From assembly GCA_964291265.2 (NCBI GenBank), contig OZ219747.1, positions 1,056,001 to 1,120,000 on the forward strand: a stretch of DNA of 64,000 bases. The letters are read 5' to 3'. This document shows positions 36,205-46,917 of the stretch, piece by piece (the stretch's first letter is position 1; each line of letters opens with the position of its first letter). The stretch comes from Alphaproteobacteria bacterium (GTDB taxonomy: Bacteria > Pseudomonadota > Alphaproteobacteria > SP197). Made by a program: the position numbers and the translations under genes. The notes under the pieces are model-generated. The model was given only the letters and a program-made list of their open reading frames with translations. It was not told the origin of the DNA and searched no databases.

Positions 36205-37441
36205 GGGTGATCTCCGTCAGCGGCGCCAGGGGTCGGGTCAATGCCTCGAAGACGCTCTCCAGGACGACGATCGGCGCCAGGGGCTGCGCCGAGAGGCGCC
36301 AGGTCCCGTCGGGCGAACGGGAGACTGCCGTCACCTCGAGTTCGGGGACCGCGGCTGCCGCCTGGCGCAGGCGGGCGAGCGATCCCGCGCCGGTCGCCGC
36401 GATGCGCCAGGCGCCGCCGTCGAGGGAGTAGGAGAGTTCCGAGGCCCAGGCGCCCACGTGGCGGTCGACCGCGGCGCGGAGCTCGCGGAAGACCGGCGTA
36501 TCCTCGCGCCATGTCTCGACGATGACGGGGTCGAGGGCCGTCACGGCCCAGGCCCGGGCCCCCTGGACCTGGCCGGCTCCCCGGCCGGGGAGGTGCACCT
36601 CCTCCATCAGCCGGCGGTTGATCGCGGGGTGGTGGCCGGCCTCCAGGGACCAGCGCAGCACCAGGGCCGGCCTCCCGGCGAGGCCGGGGAGCTGGTCAAG
36701 GACTGGCGTATCGGCAAGGCGGGCCTGGCACGCCGCCTCGTCGAGACGCCACCCCGGAAATCCTGGCGGGTGGGCCTGGATCGCCTCGTCGCAGAGGGCG
36801 AGGAACGCCGTGGTGTCCGTCACCGTCATCACCTGGCGCTCCTCGACCTCCGCCACTGGCGGAGGCTCCGGCGGAAAGAACATCTCCCACACCCGCGGAC
36901 CGAACTGCCAGGCGGCGATGCCGATCCCTCCCAGCACGGCGGCCGAGGCGATGATGCGCAGGGCGCCGCGAAGGCGGCTCGCCGTGGGCGCCGACTCCAG
37001 GCGCATCTCGTCGGTGATCTGCACCACGGAGAGATCGAGGGGCCGGGCGGTGTCGATGTTCAGCGGGCCGGACGCATGGCGCGGCTTCTCCGACTGCAGC
37101 AGGATGGAGGCTGCGTCCTCCGTCTCGAGACGGGACTCGGCCGGCCTTTCCTCCAGACGACTGGAGCCGCAGCGCACCACGGCGACCTTGCCGTCGTCGT
37201 CGGCGATCGCGGTGATCCAGTCCGGGCTGCCGATGGCGGCATGGACAGCCACGGCCAGGCTGATGGTCGCCGAGGGGTCGCCTTCGTCGGCGGCGGCGAA
37301 CCCCGTCTGGTGTGCGGTGTGGACGAAGGCCGCCGCGCCGAGTTCGCGCGCCGAGGCGGCGAGATCGCTCTCGCCGACGCGGGGCCGCCAGGCGAGGCCC
37401 GCGGCGAAGGTCGCGCCGCGAATGGTCAGCAGGCTGCTCAC
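36191..37441 (-). CDS. pilO: Type IVb pilus accessory protein PilO-like
   Basis: N-terminal 'GATFAAGLAWRP', a single central TM and 'GWRLDEAAC'. It follows the secretin with GTGA coupling. Confidence 0.7.
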   Translation of the reverse strand: MSSLLTIRGATFAAGLAWRPRVGESDLAASARELGAAAFVHTAHQTGFAAADEGDPSATISLAVAVHAAIGSPDWITAIADDDGKVAVVRCGSSRLEERPAESRLETEDAASILLQSEKPRHASGPLNIDTARPLDLSVVQITDEMRLESAPTASRLRGALRIIASAAVLGGIGIAAWQFGPRVWEMFFPPEPPPVAEVEERQVMTVTDTTAFLALCDEAIQAHPPGFPGWRLDEAACQARLADTPVLDQLPGLAGRPALVLRWSLEAGHHPAINRRLMEEVHLPGRGAGQVQGARAWAVTALDPVIVETWREDTPVFRELRAAVDRHVGAWASELSYSLDGGAWRIAATGAGSLARLRQAAAAVPELEVTAVSRSPDGTWRLSAQPLAPIVVLESVFEALTRPLAPLTEITHADP

Positions 37442-38994
37442 AGGACCTCCCCCGGGCGCTCGAGGATGCCCATGGGCGCCCCGGCCTCGGCGCGGATCAG
37501 GAGCACCTGCTCGGTGAGGACATCCTCGGAGGCCGTGCCGCCGAAAGGCAGGGGAACGTCGGCGTCGAAGGTGCCCGACCGGTCGCCGCTCGTGGCCCGG
37601 TCCCGGAAGCCGGTGATGACAAGGGTCTCGCCGCGCCCCACGCGCTGGGTGATCTGCACCGCGCGGTTGCCGAAGGATGGAAGCTGCAGGCGGAGAGCGC
37701 CGCCGGCGCCGCCGGCGGCGAAGACCTCGAAGGCCGGGCGGTCGACGATGGAGGCGAAGAGCCGCACCAGGACCTCGCCCGGCGCGACGATCTGGGCGGT
37801 GTAGGTCAGCGAGAAGCCCGAGGCGATGTTCCCGGGGATGAGGTTGGTCTGCAGCAGTCCGTCCTGCAGCGTGGTGCGGATCTCCTTGAGGTAGGCCCGC
37901 GAGAAGAGCTCGGTGAACTGGGCTGGCTGGGCGTTCAGCGACGGCAGGGTGGCGGTCAGCTCCCGCGACACCGTTCCCGCTTCCTGGAGGGCTTTAACCG
38001 CGGCGTCGAGGGTGTCGGCAGCAGGTCCGGGCTGGATGACGCTGATGTCGTTGCTGACGACGCTGATGCCGGCTGACGTGCCGAATACGCTCTCGAGGGC
38101 GCCGGCGATGCCGAGGTCGAAGGACCTCTGGTCGGTGAAGCGCACGGTGTAGACCGCGACGGTCAGCGTGACGGGCCGCAGGACCGTGCGGTTGAGCCAG
38201 TCCATGTAGCGGCGGGCGCGGTCGATGTCGCGAGGCAGGCCCGCGACGGTCATCGACGCCGTCGCCGGTGCGGCGGCGACCGTCGTGGAGGGATGGAGGA
38301 CGGCGACCAGCTGCTCCGTGATGTCGGTCCACGGGTCGTAGGTCGCCTCCGTCGTGATCGCCTGATCGGCGGTGTTGCCGGCCTCGCTCTCTCCGGCGGC
38401 GTCCGAGGCGGCAGTGGACCCGGACGCGGTCTGCACGCCGGCGAGGGCGTTCAGCCGGAAGACGACCGCCTCGGCGCGAACGACCATGATCTCGCCCTCG
38501 TCAGGGTCCCAGTGCCAGCGATAGCCCCGGGTCGCGGTCCAGGCATCGAGGAGAGCGTCGAGCGGTCCAGTCCAGATGCCTCCTTCCGGGAGGGCGGTCG
38601 GTGCGCTCTGGAAGGGATCCTCCGGCGCCTCGACCGGACGGGTGCCGGTGAAGCGCACGGGGACACCGGTGGCGGCCTCGATGGTGGCGGCGAGGTTGAC
38701 GTCGTCCGTGAGTCCGGCGAGCGAGAGCGACACCGCGTCCTCGGCCACGAGCTCGTCCGGGAGGGTCGGTGCCTCGTCCTCGATGACGGTGAGGCCCGTC
38801 CAGGGGCGCTCGGGGTCGACGGTCAGCACCGAGTATCCCGGTGTGGCGGATGGCGCCAGCTCCTCGATGATTCCGCTGACGTCCTCGGTGTGCTGGCGGA
38901 CACTTTCCGATCCGCCGGGGTCGAATGCGCTGCAGGCGGTCAGGGTCGCCGGCAAAGTGAAAATGAGGAGAAGGCGGACCGGGGAAACCGACAT
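37438..38994 (-). CDS. pilN: Type IVb pilus secretin lipoprotein PilN (BfpB-like)
   Basis: Lipobox 'TLTAC', 'WTGPLDALLD', 'LNAQPAQF', 'SGFSL', 'LQLP' and 'GETLVITGF'. Start could extend to 39069. Confidence 0.85.
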   Translation of the reverse strand: MSVSPVRLLLIFTLPATLTACSAFDPGGSESVRQHTEDVSGIIEELAPSATPGYSVLTVDPERPWTGLTVIEDEAPTLPDELVAEDAVSLSLAGLTDDVNLAATIEAATGVPVRFTGTRPVEAPEDPFQSAPTALPEGGIWTGPLDALLDAWTATRGYRWHWDPDEGEIMVVRAEAVVFRLNALAGVQTASGSTAASDAAGESEAGNTADQAITTEATYDPWTDITEQLVAVLHPSTTVAAAPATASMTVAGLPRDIDRARRYMDWLNRTVLRPVTLTVAVYTVRFTDQRSFDLGIAGALESVFGTSAGISVVSNDISVIQPGPAADTLDAAVKALQEAGTVSRELTATLPSLNAQPAQFTELFSRAYLKEIRTTLQDGLLQTNLIPGNIASGFSLTYTAQIVAPGEVLVRLFASIVDRPAFEVFAAGGAGGALRLQLPSFGNRAVQITQRVGRGETLVITGFRDRATSGDRSGTFDADVPLPFGGTASEDVLTEQVLLIRAEAGAPMGILERPGEVL

Positions 38995-39129
38995 GATGCG
39001 CCGCCGCAGCCGATCGGGGTTGACGGCAGCCGCCAAGTGGCGGATACTGACCATATCCAGCGTCGCCATTGGCTATGGCGTGGGGTTATGGGAGGCCGCT
39101 GATTGTTCGCGCCCTGCGGCCTGATGTCG

Positions 39130-39858
39130 TCAGCGGACCACTAGGGCGAGGGCAACGAGGACAAGCAGTACGGCGACGAGCCTGCGGAAGAATTGCTCCG
39201 GCACGCGTCCCGCGATCACCTGACCCAGGAAGGTCCCGGCGACAACGGGTGCTGCCAGCCGCAGGCATTCGTCGACGACCCGGTACGGGACGCCTTCCGT
39301 GATGCCCTGCAGGGCCAGGGCGGCCGGGTAGCAGACAAGAGCGACGACAAGCAGGGTGGTGCGTGTTTGCGCCTTCTTAAGTCCGGCAGCCGAGGCCCAG
39401 GCGGCAACCGGTGGGCCGGGCATGGCGAGTGTCACGGTCATGGCGCCGCTCGTCAGACCGGTCAGCATGCGACCCGTGATGCTGTTCCGACCGACGACGA
39501 TCCGGCGCTCGTGGACCCCTGTCGAAAGGGCGGCCATGGCCAGCACCGCCGCGGCGGCCCACCACTTGAGATCGGCCACCGTCGCTGTGGCGAAGGCGAG
39601 GGTGCCCACGATCAGCCCGGCAGCGGCGCCGCCAAGGAGGTGCTTGAGAAGGATCGGGTCAACTGCGTCGAGGGACCTGCGGACCAGGATCAGCGAAGGA
39701 ATGGTGGAAAGCACGATGGTCACCTGGATCGCTGCCGTATCGCCCATGGCGATCAGCAGGACCGGTCCGGCGATGATGCCGAACCCCATGCCTGTCGCGG
39801 CCTGGAGTAGCGCCGCCAGAAACACTACAGCGATGACGGCGAGCGCAACGGCCGTCAT
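39130..39858 (-). CDS. Sulfite exporter TauE/SafE (TSUP) family protein
   Basis: 'LQAATGMGFGIIAGP', 'SGAMTVTLAMPGPP' and about 8 TM segments. Confidence 0.85.
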   Translation of the reverse strand: MTAVALAVIAVVFLAALLQAATGMGFGIIAGPVLLIAMGDTAAIQVTIVLSTIPSLILVRRSLDAVDPILLKHLLGGAAAGLIVGTLAFATATVADLKWWAAAAVLAMAALSTGVHERRIVVGRNSITGRMLTGLTSGAMTVTLAMPGPPVAAWASAAGLKKAQTRTTLLVVALVCYPAALALQGITEGVPYRVVDECLRLAAPVVAGTFLGQVIAGRVPEQFFRRLVAVLLVLVALALVVR

Positions 39859-39874
39859 ACGGTTCTTCGGCGTG

Positions 39875-41500
39875 TCACCGGGATGCGGCCCGTTCCCTCA
39901 GGACGAACTTCTGTATCTTGCCGGTGGAGGTCTTGGGGAGTTCGCCGAACACCACGTGCTTCGGACACTTGAAGTGCGCCAGGTTGTCCCGGCAGAAGGC
40001 GATCAGATCGTCAGCCGTGGCCGTCATGTCGGGCTTGAGCGTGACAAAGGCGCACGGCGTTTCACCCCACATGTCGTCAGGACACGCGACCACCGCCGCT
40101 TCGGCCACAGCCGGATGGCGATAGAGAACACCCTCGACCTCGATGGTCGATATGTTCTCTCCTCCGGAGATGATGATGTCCTTGCTGCGATCCCTGATCT
40201 CGACATAGCCGTCCGGGTGGATGACCGCCAGATCGCCGGTGTGGAACCATCCGCCGCGGAAGGCCTCGGCGCTTGCCCGGGGGTTCTTGAGATAGCCGGA
40301 CATGGTGATGTTGCCGCGCATCATGATCTCGCCCATGGTCTCGCCATCCGACGGTACGGATTCCATGGTCTCCGGCTCGGCGACCATCATGGCCTCCTGA
40401 ACGGCATAGGTCACACCCTGGCGGGCCTTCCGGTCAGCCTGTCCGGAGGCAGGCAGGTCTTGCCATTCGGGGTGCCATGCACACACGGTCGCCGGTCCAT
40501 AGGTTTCGGTCAGGCCGTAGACATGGGTGACTTCGATGCCGCGGGCCGCCATGCGTTCAAGGACGGCGGCCGGGGGCGCGGCGCCCGCGGTCATCATCTT
40601 CACATGATGACGAATGCCCTGCCAAAGTGCCTCGGAGCCGGCCAGCATCATGTTCATGACGACAGGCGCGCCGCAGAGATGCGTAACCCCATGCGCTCCG
40701 ATGGCGCCCAGGATCGCCTCGGCGGAGAGTGTGCGCAGGCAGACGTGTGTTCCCGCCATGGCGGTCACGGTCCACGGGAAACACCAGCCGTTGCAGTGGA
40801 ACATCGGCAGGGTCCACAGATAGACAGGATGGTGCGGCATCGACCAGGTGATGGCGTTGCCGAGAGCGTTCAGATAGGCGCCGCGGTGGTGGTAGACGAC
40901 ACCCTTGGGGTTGCCGGTGGTGCCTGACGTGTAGTTCAGCGCAATCGGCTGCCACTCGTCGTCGGGCCCCGTCCAGTGACCTGTTTCCTCTCCCTCGGAG
41001 AGCAATTCCTCGTAGGTCAACTCACCGAGAAGCCGCCCTGCGCCGTGGGCTTGGGGATCGTCGATATCGACGACGAGCAGTCGGCGCCCGAGTCCGGCCA
41101 GGGCCTCGCTCACCGTTGGCGACAAGGTCCTGTCGGTGATGAGAACGCTGGCTTCACCGTGTTCAAGGATGAAGCGAATGGCGTCGGCGTCGAGACGGAT
41201 GTTGAGGGAATTGAGCACGGCGCCCGTCATCGGCACGGCAAGGCTCGCTTCGACGAACTCCGGCAGATTGGGCGCCATGATGGCCACGGTGTCGCCCCTG
41301 GCCACGCCACGCTTTTGCAACGCCGAGGCAAGTCTGCGACAGCGCCTGGCCGTGTCGCGCCATGTCCTCCTCAGCAGGCCATGGATCACGGCGATCCGGT
41401 CCGGCCATACCGCCGCCGTCCGGTCGAGGAACGACACGGGAGACAGTGGCACGTGGTTGGCGTCGTTGCGCCCTAGTCCTTCGGTCCAGATGTCAGCCAT
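39875..41500 (-). CDS. Acyl-CoA synthetase (DmdB / 3-methylmercaptopropionate-CoA ligase-like)
   Basis: ANHVPLSPVSFL, NYTSGTTGNPKG, LPMFHCNGW, YGLTETYGP and ELPKTSTGKIQKF. Confidence 0.88.
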   Translation of the reverse strand: MADIWTEGLGRNDANHVPLSPVSFLDRTAAVWPDRIAVIHGLLRRTWRDTARRCRRLASALQKRGVARGDTVAIMAPNLPEFVEASLAVPMTGAVLNSLNIRLDADAIRFILEHGEASVLITDRTLSPTVSEALAGLGRRLLVVDIDDPQAHGAGRLLGELTYEELLSEGEETGHWTGPDDEWQPIALNYTSGTTGNPKGVVYHHRGAYLNALGNAITWSMPHHPVYLWTLPMFHCNGWCFPWTVTAMAGTHVCLRTLSAEAILGAIGAHGVTHLCGAPVVMNMMLAGSEALWQGIRHHVKMMTAGAAPPAAVLERMAARGIEVTHVYGLTETYGPATVCAWHPEWQDLPASGQADRKARQGVTYAVQEAMMVAEPETMESVPSDGETMGEIMMRGNITMSGYLKNPRASAEAFRGGWFHTGDLAVIHPDGYVEIRDRSKDIIISGGENISTIEVEGVLYRHPAVAEAAVVACPDDMWGETPCAFVTLKPDMTATADDLIAFCRDNLAHFKCPKHVVFGELPKTSTGKIQKFVLRERAASR

Positions 41501-41578
41501 TGTGCGCACCTCTCGCCTAGCCCGTCCGATTTATCGCCGTCATCGGGATCATTGCAAGCGGGTGACGGACGCGGCACC

Positions 41579-43192
41579 ATGACGGTCATGCAGGTGCCAC
41601 GCACGACAAGACGGCCTCGCCACATCGTCGATACGTGGTACGACTCGGCGAGTGACGATCCGTCCGTCCTGCAGATCTGGGCCTATACGTCACGCCTTTC
41701 CTGTCGCGTGGGCGAGGTCATTGAACTCCATGTGTCGACGAATGCCGACACCTTTGACCTTGACATAGCGAGGGACGGTCTCGAAACCGTCCGGGTTCAC
41801 CGCGAACCGGACCTTGCCGGCGGCTGGCACGCGACTCCACGTGACGCCTCCGCCATCGGATGTGGCTGGCCGGTTGCCTGGCGCATGACCGTTCCCGCCA
41901 CCTGGAGGCCTGGCGGCTACATCATCACCCTCACGGCACGGCGCGGTGACGAGATGGTGACGTGCGATCACGTCGTTCTTGTCGGGCGATCACGTCATGG
42001 AGCGGCTGCGCCGCTGCTCTTGCTGGCGGCGACGCCGACCTGGGTTGCCTACAACGAGTGGGGTGGTTCGAATGCCTACGAGGGAGTCTCCGGCGCCTCC
42101 GGCGACCGGTTCTCGACACGTCTGAGTCTTCAGCGGCCGTGGTCGCGCGGCTTTGCGAGGTTGCCTGCCGGGGCGCCGCGAATCCTTCCCGCGATACCTC
42201 TGCCGCAAGGAACCACAGCGCGTTATCCCTGCATGGAATGGGCATGGTCGCACGGCTATTCCAAGAAGTACGCGTCCACCGGATGGGCAAGCTATGAGCG
42301 CCACATGGCGCGCTGGCTCGAGGCGGAGGGTCACGAGGTGGACGTGGCGGCGCTCCACGACATTCATGATGCGCCGGACCTGCTGGACCGCTACCGTTGC
42401 GCCGTTGTTGTCGGGCATGACGAATACTGGAGTCGGCCCATGCGGGATGCCATCGACCGGTATGTCGAGGCAGGTGGCAGGGTGGCCCGCTTTGGCGGAA
42501 ACTTCTTCTGGCAGATCAGGCTGGAGGACGAAGGCCGAACCCAGGTCTGCTACAAGTACGTCGCGACCGAGGAAGATCCCGTCATGGGGACGGCCCGGGA
42601 ACATCTTGCCACCACGTCATGGGAATCGCCCGCGGTGAACTGGCCCGGGTCCCGCACCTTCGGGGTCAACGGTTCGCAGGGAATCTATGCCGGTCTCGGC
42701 CACTGTGCCGGCCGCGGAGCCGGTGGGTTCACGGTCTATCGTCCGGACCACTGGGCTTTTGACGATTGCTGTGTTGGCTACGGCGATATCCTCGGCGGCG
42801 ACAGCAGGATCTTCGGTTACGAGGTCGATGGACTCGACCACGTGATCCGGGATGGACTTCCCCGGCCGGTTCCGGGGGAGGACGTACCCGATGATCTCGA
42901 GATCCTCGCCTTGGGTCCCGCCACCACCGTCGAGGCCGATTTCGGGCTGTGGGGAGAGGATCTCTACATCGCCGACCATGACAGGCGGTTCCTTGCCCGC
43001 ATGTTCCACGGTGCGGAAACACCCGAGGCGCTGGAGAAGGTGACACGAGGCAGTGGCATGATCGTCACGTTCTCCAGGGGGGCAGGCGAAGTCTTCACCG
43101 CCGCCACCTGCGAGTGGGTCAATGGTCTGCGCCTTGCCGACCCCGCCGTCTGCCAGGTCACCCGCAACGTCCTCAACCGCTTTCTCGCCTGA
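41579..43192 (+). CDS. N,N-dimethylformamidase large (beta) subunit family protein
   Basis: 'TWVAYNEWGG', 'LQRPW', 'GHDEYWS', 'GGNFFWQIR' and 'GYEVDG'. Confidence 0.82.
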   Translation: MTVMQVPRTTRRPRHIVDTWYDSASDDPSVLQIWAYTSRLSCRVGEVIELHVSTNADTFDLDIARDGLETVRVHREPDLAGGWHATPRDASAIGCGWPVAWRMTVPATWRPGGYIITLTARRGDEMVTCDHVVLVGRSRHGAAAPLLLLAATPTWVAYNEWGGSNAYEGVSGASGDRFSTRLSLQRPWSRGFARLPAGAPRILPAIPLPQGTTARYPCMEWAWSHGYSKKYASTGWASYERHMARWLEAEGHEVDVAALHDIHDAPDLLDRYRCAVVVGHDEYWSRPMRDAIDRYVEAGGRVARFGGNFFWQIRLEDEGRTQVCYKYVATEEDPVMGTAREHLATTSWESPAVNWPGSRTFGVNGSQGIYAGLGHCAGRGAGGFTVYRPDHWAFDDCCVGYGDILGGDSRIFGYEVDGLDHVIRDGLPRPVPGEDVPDDLEILALGPATTVEADFGLWGEDLYIADHDRRFLARMFHGAETPEALEKVTRGSGMIVTFSRGAGEVFTAATCEWVNGLRLADPAVCQVTRNVLNRFLA

Positions 43193-43199
43193 CAGTGGT

Positions 43200-43490
43200 G
43201 GCCCGGGATCCTGCCGTCGGGGCGGAACCGGAACCGCTCGCATATCGAGATCTTCGAAACGACATACCCCCGGGTCTTTCGACGATCTCTCGATCAAGTC
43301 CGGCAAGCTTCTGCGGGCCAGAGCTTCCCGCAGTCTGGGAACCCCGTAGTCGCCGTCGGCAAACACCCGCAAGACCTCCGGGGCCTTGCGCAGAAGATCC
43401 ACCAGAACATCCGCAGCCGCATCCCGATCCCTTATGTCGGCCGTATGAACCCCTCAGGTCAATCGGTGACCCCTCGGTGTCCACCGTCAG
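43200..43490 (-). pseudogene. IS5-family transposase remnant
   Basis: Frameshifted reading 'VDTEGSPIDLRVHTADIRDRDAAADVLVDLL...VFADGDYGVPRLREAL' resembles the IS5 'VDT.G.....VH.A.IQDRDGA...FADGGY.G' motif. Confidence 0.65.
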
Positions 43491-43606
43491 ATGACGCTTG
43501 GGACCCTTGATCTTCTTGCCCGCATCAAGACCAGCGAGGACCGCCGCATTCCGTCGTCTTGCACACCCAGTGTGTGTCGATCACCGCTGCCATGGGTCCC
43601 GTGTCT

Positions 43607-45106
43607 TCACAGCATCCCGCTGAGCCTGATGCGCTGGACCTTGCCGGAGGGGCCCCTGGGCAGGTCGGCGAGGACATGGATGCGCTCGGGAGCCCGGAAC
43701 GAGCCGAGCCTGGCACGGCAGTGGGCGATGAGGTCATCGGTGGTCACCGTCGCGCCCTTCACCAGGCAGACGGCGGCTTCGACGCGCTGGCCGTAGTCCG
43801 GGCAGGGTCTGGCGAACGCCGCTGCTTCGACGACAGCGGGGTGGGCGTGAAGTGCGTCATCGACCTCCTGGGGCGCGATGTTCTCGCCGCCCTTGATGAT
43901 GAGTTCCTTCTGCCTGCCGATGACATGAAAGTAGCCGTTTCGGTCCATGGAGCCGACATCGCCGGTTTTCAGCCAACCATCCTTTGTGAAGATGTCGCGG
44001 GTCGCTTCTCCGTCATCGAGATAGCCCAGCATGACATTGGGGCCCTTCACGGCGATTTCGCCCGTCTGGCCGGGTCTCCGCACGTGCCCCTCGCCATCGA
44101 TGATGGCCACCTCGTTACCGAAGGCCACGCCTGGCGAGCCGATCTTGCGCTTTCCGGGCGGAAGGGGGTTGGCGAGAATCTGGGCCGCGGTTTCGGTGAG
44201 TCCCATGGTCTCGACGAGCGCGATCGCGAAGCGAGCCTCGAAGGCCCTGTGGACTTCGGGAGGAAGCGCCGACGAAGCGGACCTCGCGAACCGCAGACGG
44301 CGCAACACCTCTTCATGCGGTTCGCTGTCGTGATGGAGAAGGCGCGAGACAATGGTCGGAACACAGGAAAACCAGGTGGCGCCATACCGGTGGCAGTCCT
44401 CCCAGAAGCGCTGCACGGAAAACCGCCGGCAGACAATCACGGAGCCGCCGGAAACGAGCGGTCCCATCAGCGTTACGCAGAGCCCGTTGATATGGTAGTG
44501 GGGGAGAACGCACAAACCCCGGTCGTCCGGTCCGAGCCGGTGGGCGCAGGCCGTGGTCCATCCGCCCGCAAGCAGGCTTCGATGGCTGTGCAGCACGCCC
44601 TTGGGCCGGCCCGTCGTCCCGCTGGTGTACATCAAAAGGGCCTCGTCATCGGGGGAGGGCGGCGCGTTGCGGGACGTTGGTGAATTGCCAAGCCCGTCGG
44701 CATCGACAACCGTGAGACCGGCCACTCCCGCGTCGTCGAAATCCGGCTCCGTTTCATGGTCGACAACGGCGAAGCGCGCGCCGCTGTGGCGCAGCGCGTG
44801 GTGGTGGGCGTCGGCACCGGCTGCAAGGTTCAAGGGCGTGGCGCGAAAGCCGCCGAAGAACAGTCCGAACAGGACGAGAATGGCCGCCCGCCCGTTGTGA
44901 AGGAACGTGACGACACTCTCGCCCCTGGTGGCGCCGGCAGCTGTCAGGGAACCGGCGACCGACTCCGCTCCCTCGAGCAGACCGCTCCATGTGAGATCGG
45001 GTGTTTCGTCTGGAAAGAGGTGGCTGACCTTGTCGGGTGTCCTGTGGGCGTGCCGTTCGATCCAGCCGCGGATCGTGCCGGACGGCGATTCATTTCCCGC
45101 AGTCAT
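43607..45106 (-). CDS. sauT: AMP-dependent CoA ligase, sulfoacetate-CoA ligase-like
   Basis: MYTSGTTGRPKG, LPHYHING, ETMGLTET and LPRGPSGKVQR. ATGA-coupled downstream of the sauS-like gene. Confidence 0.72.
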   Translation of the reverse strand: MTAGNESPSGTIRGWIERHAHRTPDKVSHLFPDETPDLTWSGLLEGAESVAGSLTAAGATRGESVVTFLHNGRAAILVLFGLFFGGFRATPLNLAAGADAHHHALRHSGARFAVVDHETEPDFDDAGVAGLTVVDADGLGNSPTSRNAPPSPDDEALLMYTSGTTGRPKGVLHSHRSLLAGGWTTACAHRLGPDDRGLCVLPHYHINGLCVTLMGPLVSGGSVIVCRRFSVQRFWEDCHRYGATWFSCVPTIVSRLLHHDSEPHEEVLRRLRFARSASSALPPEVHRAFEARFAIALVETMGLTETAAQILANPLPPGKRKIGSPGVAFGNEVAIIDGEGHVRRPGQTGEIAVKGPNVMLGYLDDGEATRDIFTKDGWLKTGDVGSMDRNGYFHVIGRQKELIIKGGENIAPQEVDDALHAHPAVVEAAAFARPCPDYGQRVEAAVCLVKGATVTTDDLIAHCRARLGSFRAPERIHVLADLPRGPSGKVQRIRLSGML

Positions 45107-46512
45107 CGGGCGCACCCGGCCCAGTAATCCGCGAACAGGTCCTCGAGCGAGGGCTCGTCCGGAGGAATGGTCCGGACCACCCTAGTGATGTTGAGGAAAT
45201 GTTTCCAGTGCAGGTTTTCGTCGATGGAGTTGCCGCCCCAACTGCCGCAGCCCATCGAGAGCGAGAAGGGAAGACCGTTGTCGAAGGAGCCGCCGGTGGC
45301 GATGGCGTGGGCCTGGTTGACGATGATGCGGCAGACCGGAAGCACACGTCCCAGTTCGACGGCGCGTTCATCGTGCGAAGTATGGAGTCCCACCGAGTGC
45401 CCGGCGCCCGCATGTGCCAGGATTCGCATGACGATGGCCCTGGCGTCGGCGAAGTCCCTGGCCCGGTAGAGTGCGGTGACGAGGGAGATCTTCTCGCCCG
45501 ATATCCGGTGCCGAGGCCCGGCATTCGCTGTTTCGACGGCGATGAATCGCGAATCGTCCGGAACCTCGTCTGCGAGTTCCAGAACATCGATCAGCACGCG
45601 GACGTCCCGTGCGATCGCTCGCGGATTCAGGCGGCCGCCAGGCCACAGGCGCTCGATGACATGGCACTCCTTCGTGGAATCCAGGATGGCGCATCCCTCG
45701 TTCCGGAGTGCCGCCGAAAAGACGTCGTAGAGGTCATCGACCACCACCAGGGCATTCTCCGAGGAACAGGAGGTGGCGTTATCAAAGGTCTTGGAGCGCG
45801 CGATCAGCCTCGCCGCTGTTTCGACATCGGCTGTCTCGTCGACAATGACCGGCACGTTGCCCGCGCCGACACCGATGGCCGGTGTTCCGGAGGTGTAGGC
45901 GCGTCTCACGTTGTCTTGTGAGCCCGTTGCCAGGGCGAGATCCACGGACTCGAGAAGTCTCCCGGTCCGTGCCTTGGTGGCGGGTGCCGGGATCATCTGG
46001 ACGAGATCGGGGTCGACGCGGGCCTTCGAGAACTGGTCGTGGATGTAGTCCAGCAGACGGCGGCACGCTTCGGTTCCCTTCGGCGATGGCGACAGGACGA
46101 TCGCATTGCCGCACTTGAGGGCATTGATGATGTTGTTGGCCGGAGTCGCGACCGGGTTGGTCGACGGGACAACGGCGCCGATCACGCCGATCGGCCGCGC
46201 GATCTCGGTGATTCCCCTCGCGGGGTCGTCGGCAATCACGCCGCATGTCGCGACATGTGCGATGTCGCGCATCAGACCGAGTGTCTTGCGGTGATTCTTG
46301 GTGACCTTGTCGGCGACATGGCCAAGTCCGGTCGAGCTGACTGCAAGTTCCGACAGGATCCGGTTGCGTTCCGGCTCCAGGAGCGCCCAGGCAGCCGCCT
46401 TGGCGGCCCTGTCGTAGCGCGCCTGTGTGGCGCCCGATTCGTAGCGCGCCTGGGCTGCCCGGGCCCGGGCCAGGAGATCGTCGACCAGAACGATGTCATC
46501 TTGATGGATCAT
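45103..46512 (-). CDS. sauS: Acylating sulfoacetaldehyde dehydrogenase-like
   Basis: 'DKVTKNHRKTLGLMRD', PSTNP, SKTFDNATSCSSEN, 'GGSFDNGLPFSLSMGCGSWG' and 'PSLEDLFADYW'. Confidence 0.8.
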   Translation of the reverse strand: MIHQDDIVLVDDLLARARAAQARYESGATQARYDRAAKAAAWALLEPERNRILSELAVSSTGLGHVADKVTKNHRKTLGLMRDIAHVATCGVIADDPARGITEIARPIGVIGAVVPSTNPVATPANNIINALKCGNAIVLSPSPKGTEACRRLLDYIHDQFSKARVDPDLVQMIPAPATKARTGRLLESVDLALATGSQDNVRRAYTSGTPAIGVGAGNVPVIVDETADVETAARLIARSKTFDNATSCSSENALVVVDDLYDVFSAALRNEGCAILDSTKECHVIERLWPGGRLNPRAIARDVRVLIDVLELADEVPDDSRFIAVETANAGPRHRISGEKISLVTALYRARDFADARAIVMRILAHAGAGHSVGLHTSHDERAVELGRVLPVCRIIVNQAHAIATGGSFDNGLPFSLSMGCGSWGGNSIDENLHWKHFLNITRVVRTIPPDEPSLEDLFADYWAGCAR

Positions 46513-46608
46513 GGTCTTTGCCCGCCCGCAAACGGGAACGGTAAGTGACCAGGACAGCGATGCAAACGTCTTCACTACGAGGACCCTGGGCTGAGACTTG
46601 GCGGTGTG

Positions 46609-46830
46609 ATGGCCGGGCGGCATGTCGACGTCGTTCACGTTGCAGGGCTGGCAGGCGTCTCGCCGGCCACCATGTCGCGCCCTCAACCACTCCTCACTCG
46701 TGAGAGCCGACACCCGGGCGAGGGTCAAGGCGACGGTAAGCGAATTGGGCTGCATCCGCAACCGCGCGGCGTGGTCCATCCATGGCAGGAGAAGCGGAGC
46801 CATCGGTTTCGTTGTTCCGATCGTTACCGT
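46609..46830 (+). pseudogene. LacI-family transcriptional regulator remnant (N-terminal HTH, frameshifted, truncated)
   Basis: 'VVHVAGLAGVSPATMSR', then a frameshift to 'ALNHSSLVRADTRARVKATVSELGCIRNRAA...RRSGAIGFVVP'. Confidence 0.8.
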
Positions 46831-46917
46831 GCGGTTGCCGGCAGCCGGGATCGGCGAGGCGGGGGCGGATGTCCTTCGCGAACTCGTGGCGTGCGATTCC
46901 AGGTGGCACCATCTGCC

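Noticed and set aside
39000-39130. att site/tRNA at the right border of the island
   Set aside because: No tRNA-like sequence, integrase or matching direct repeat is visible in this window.
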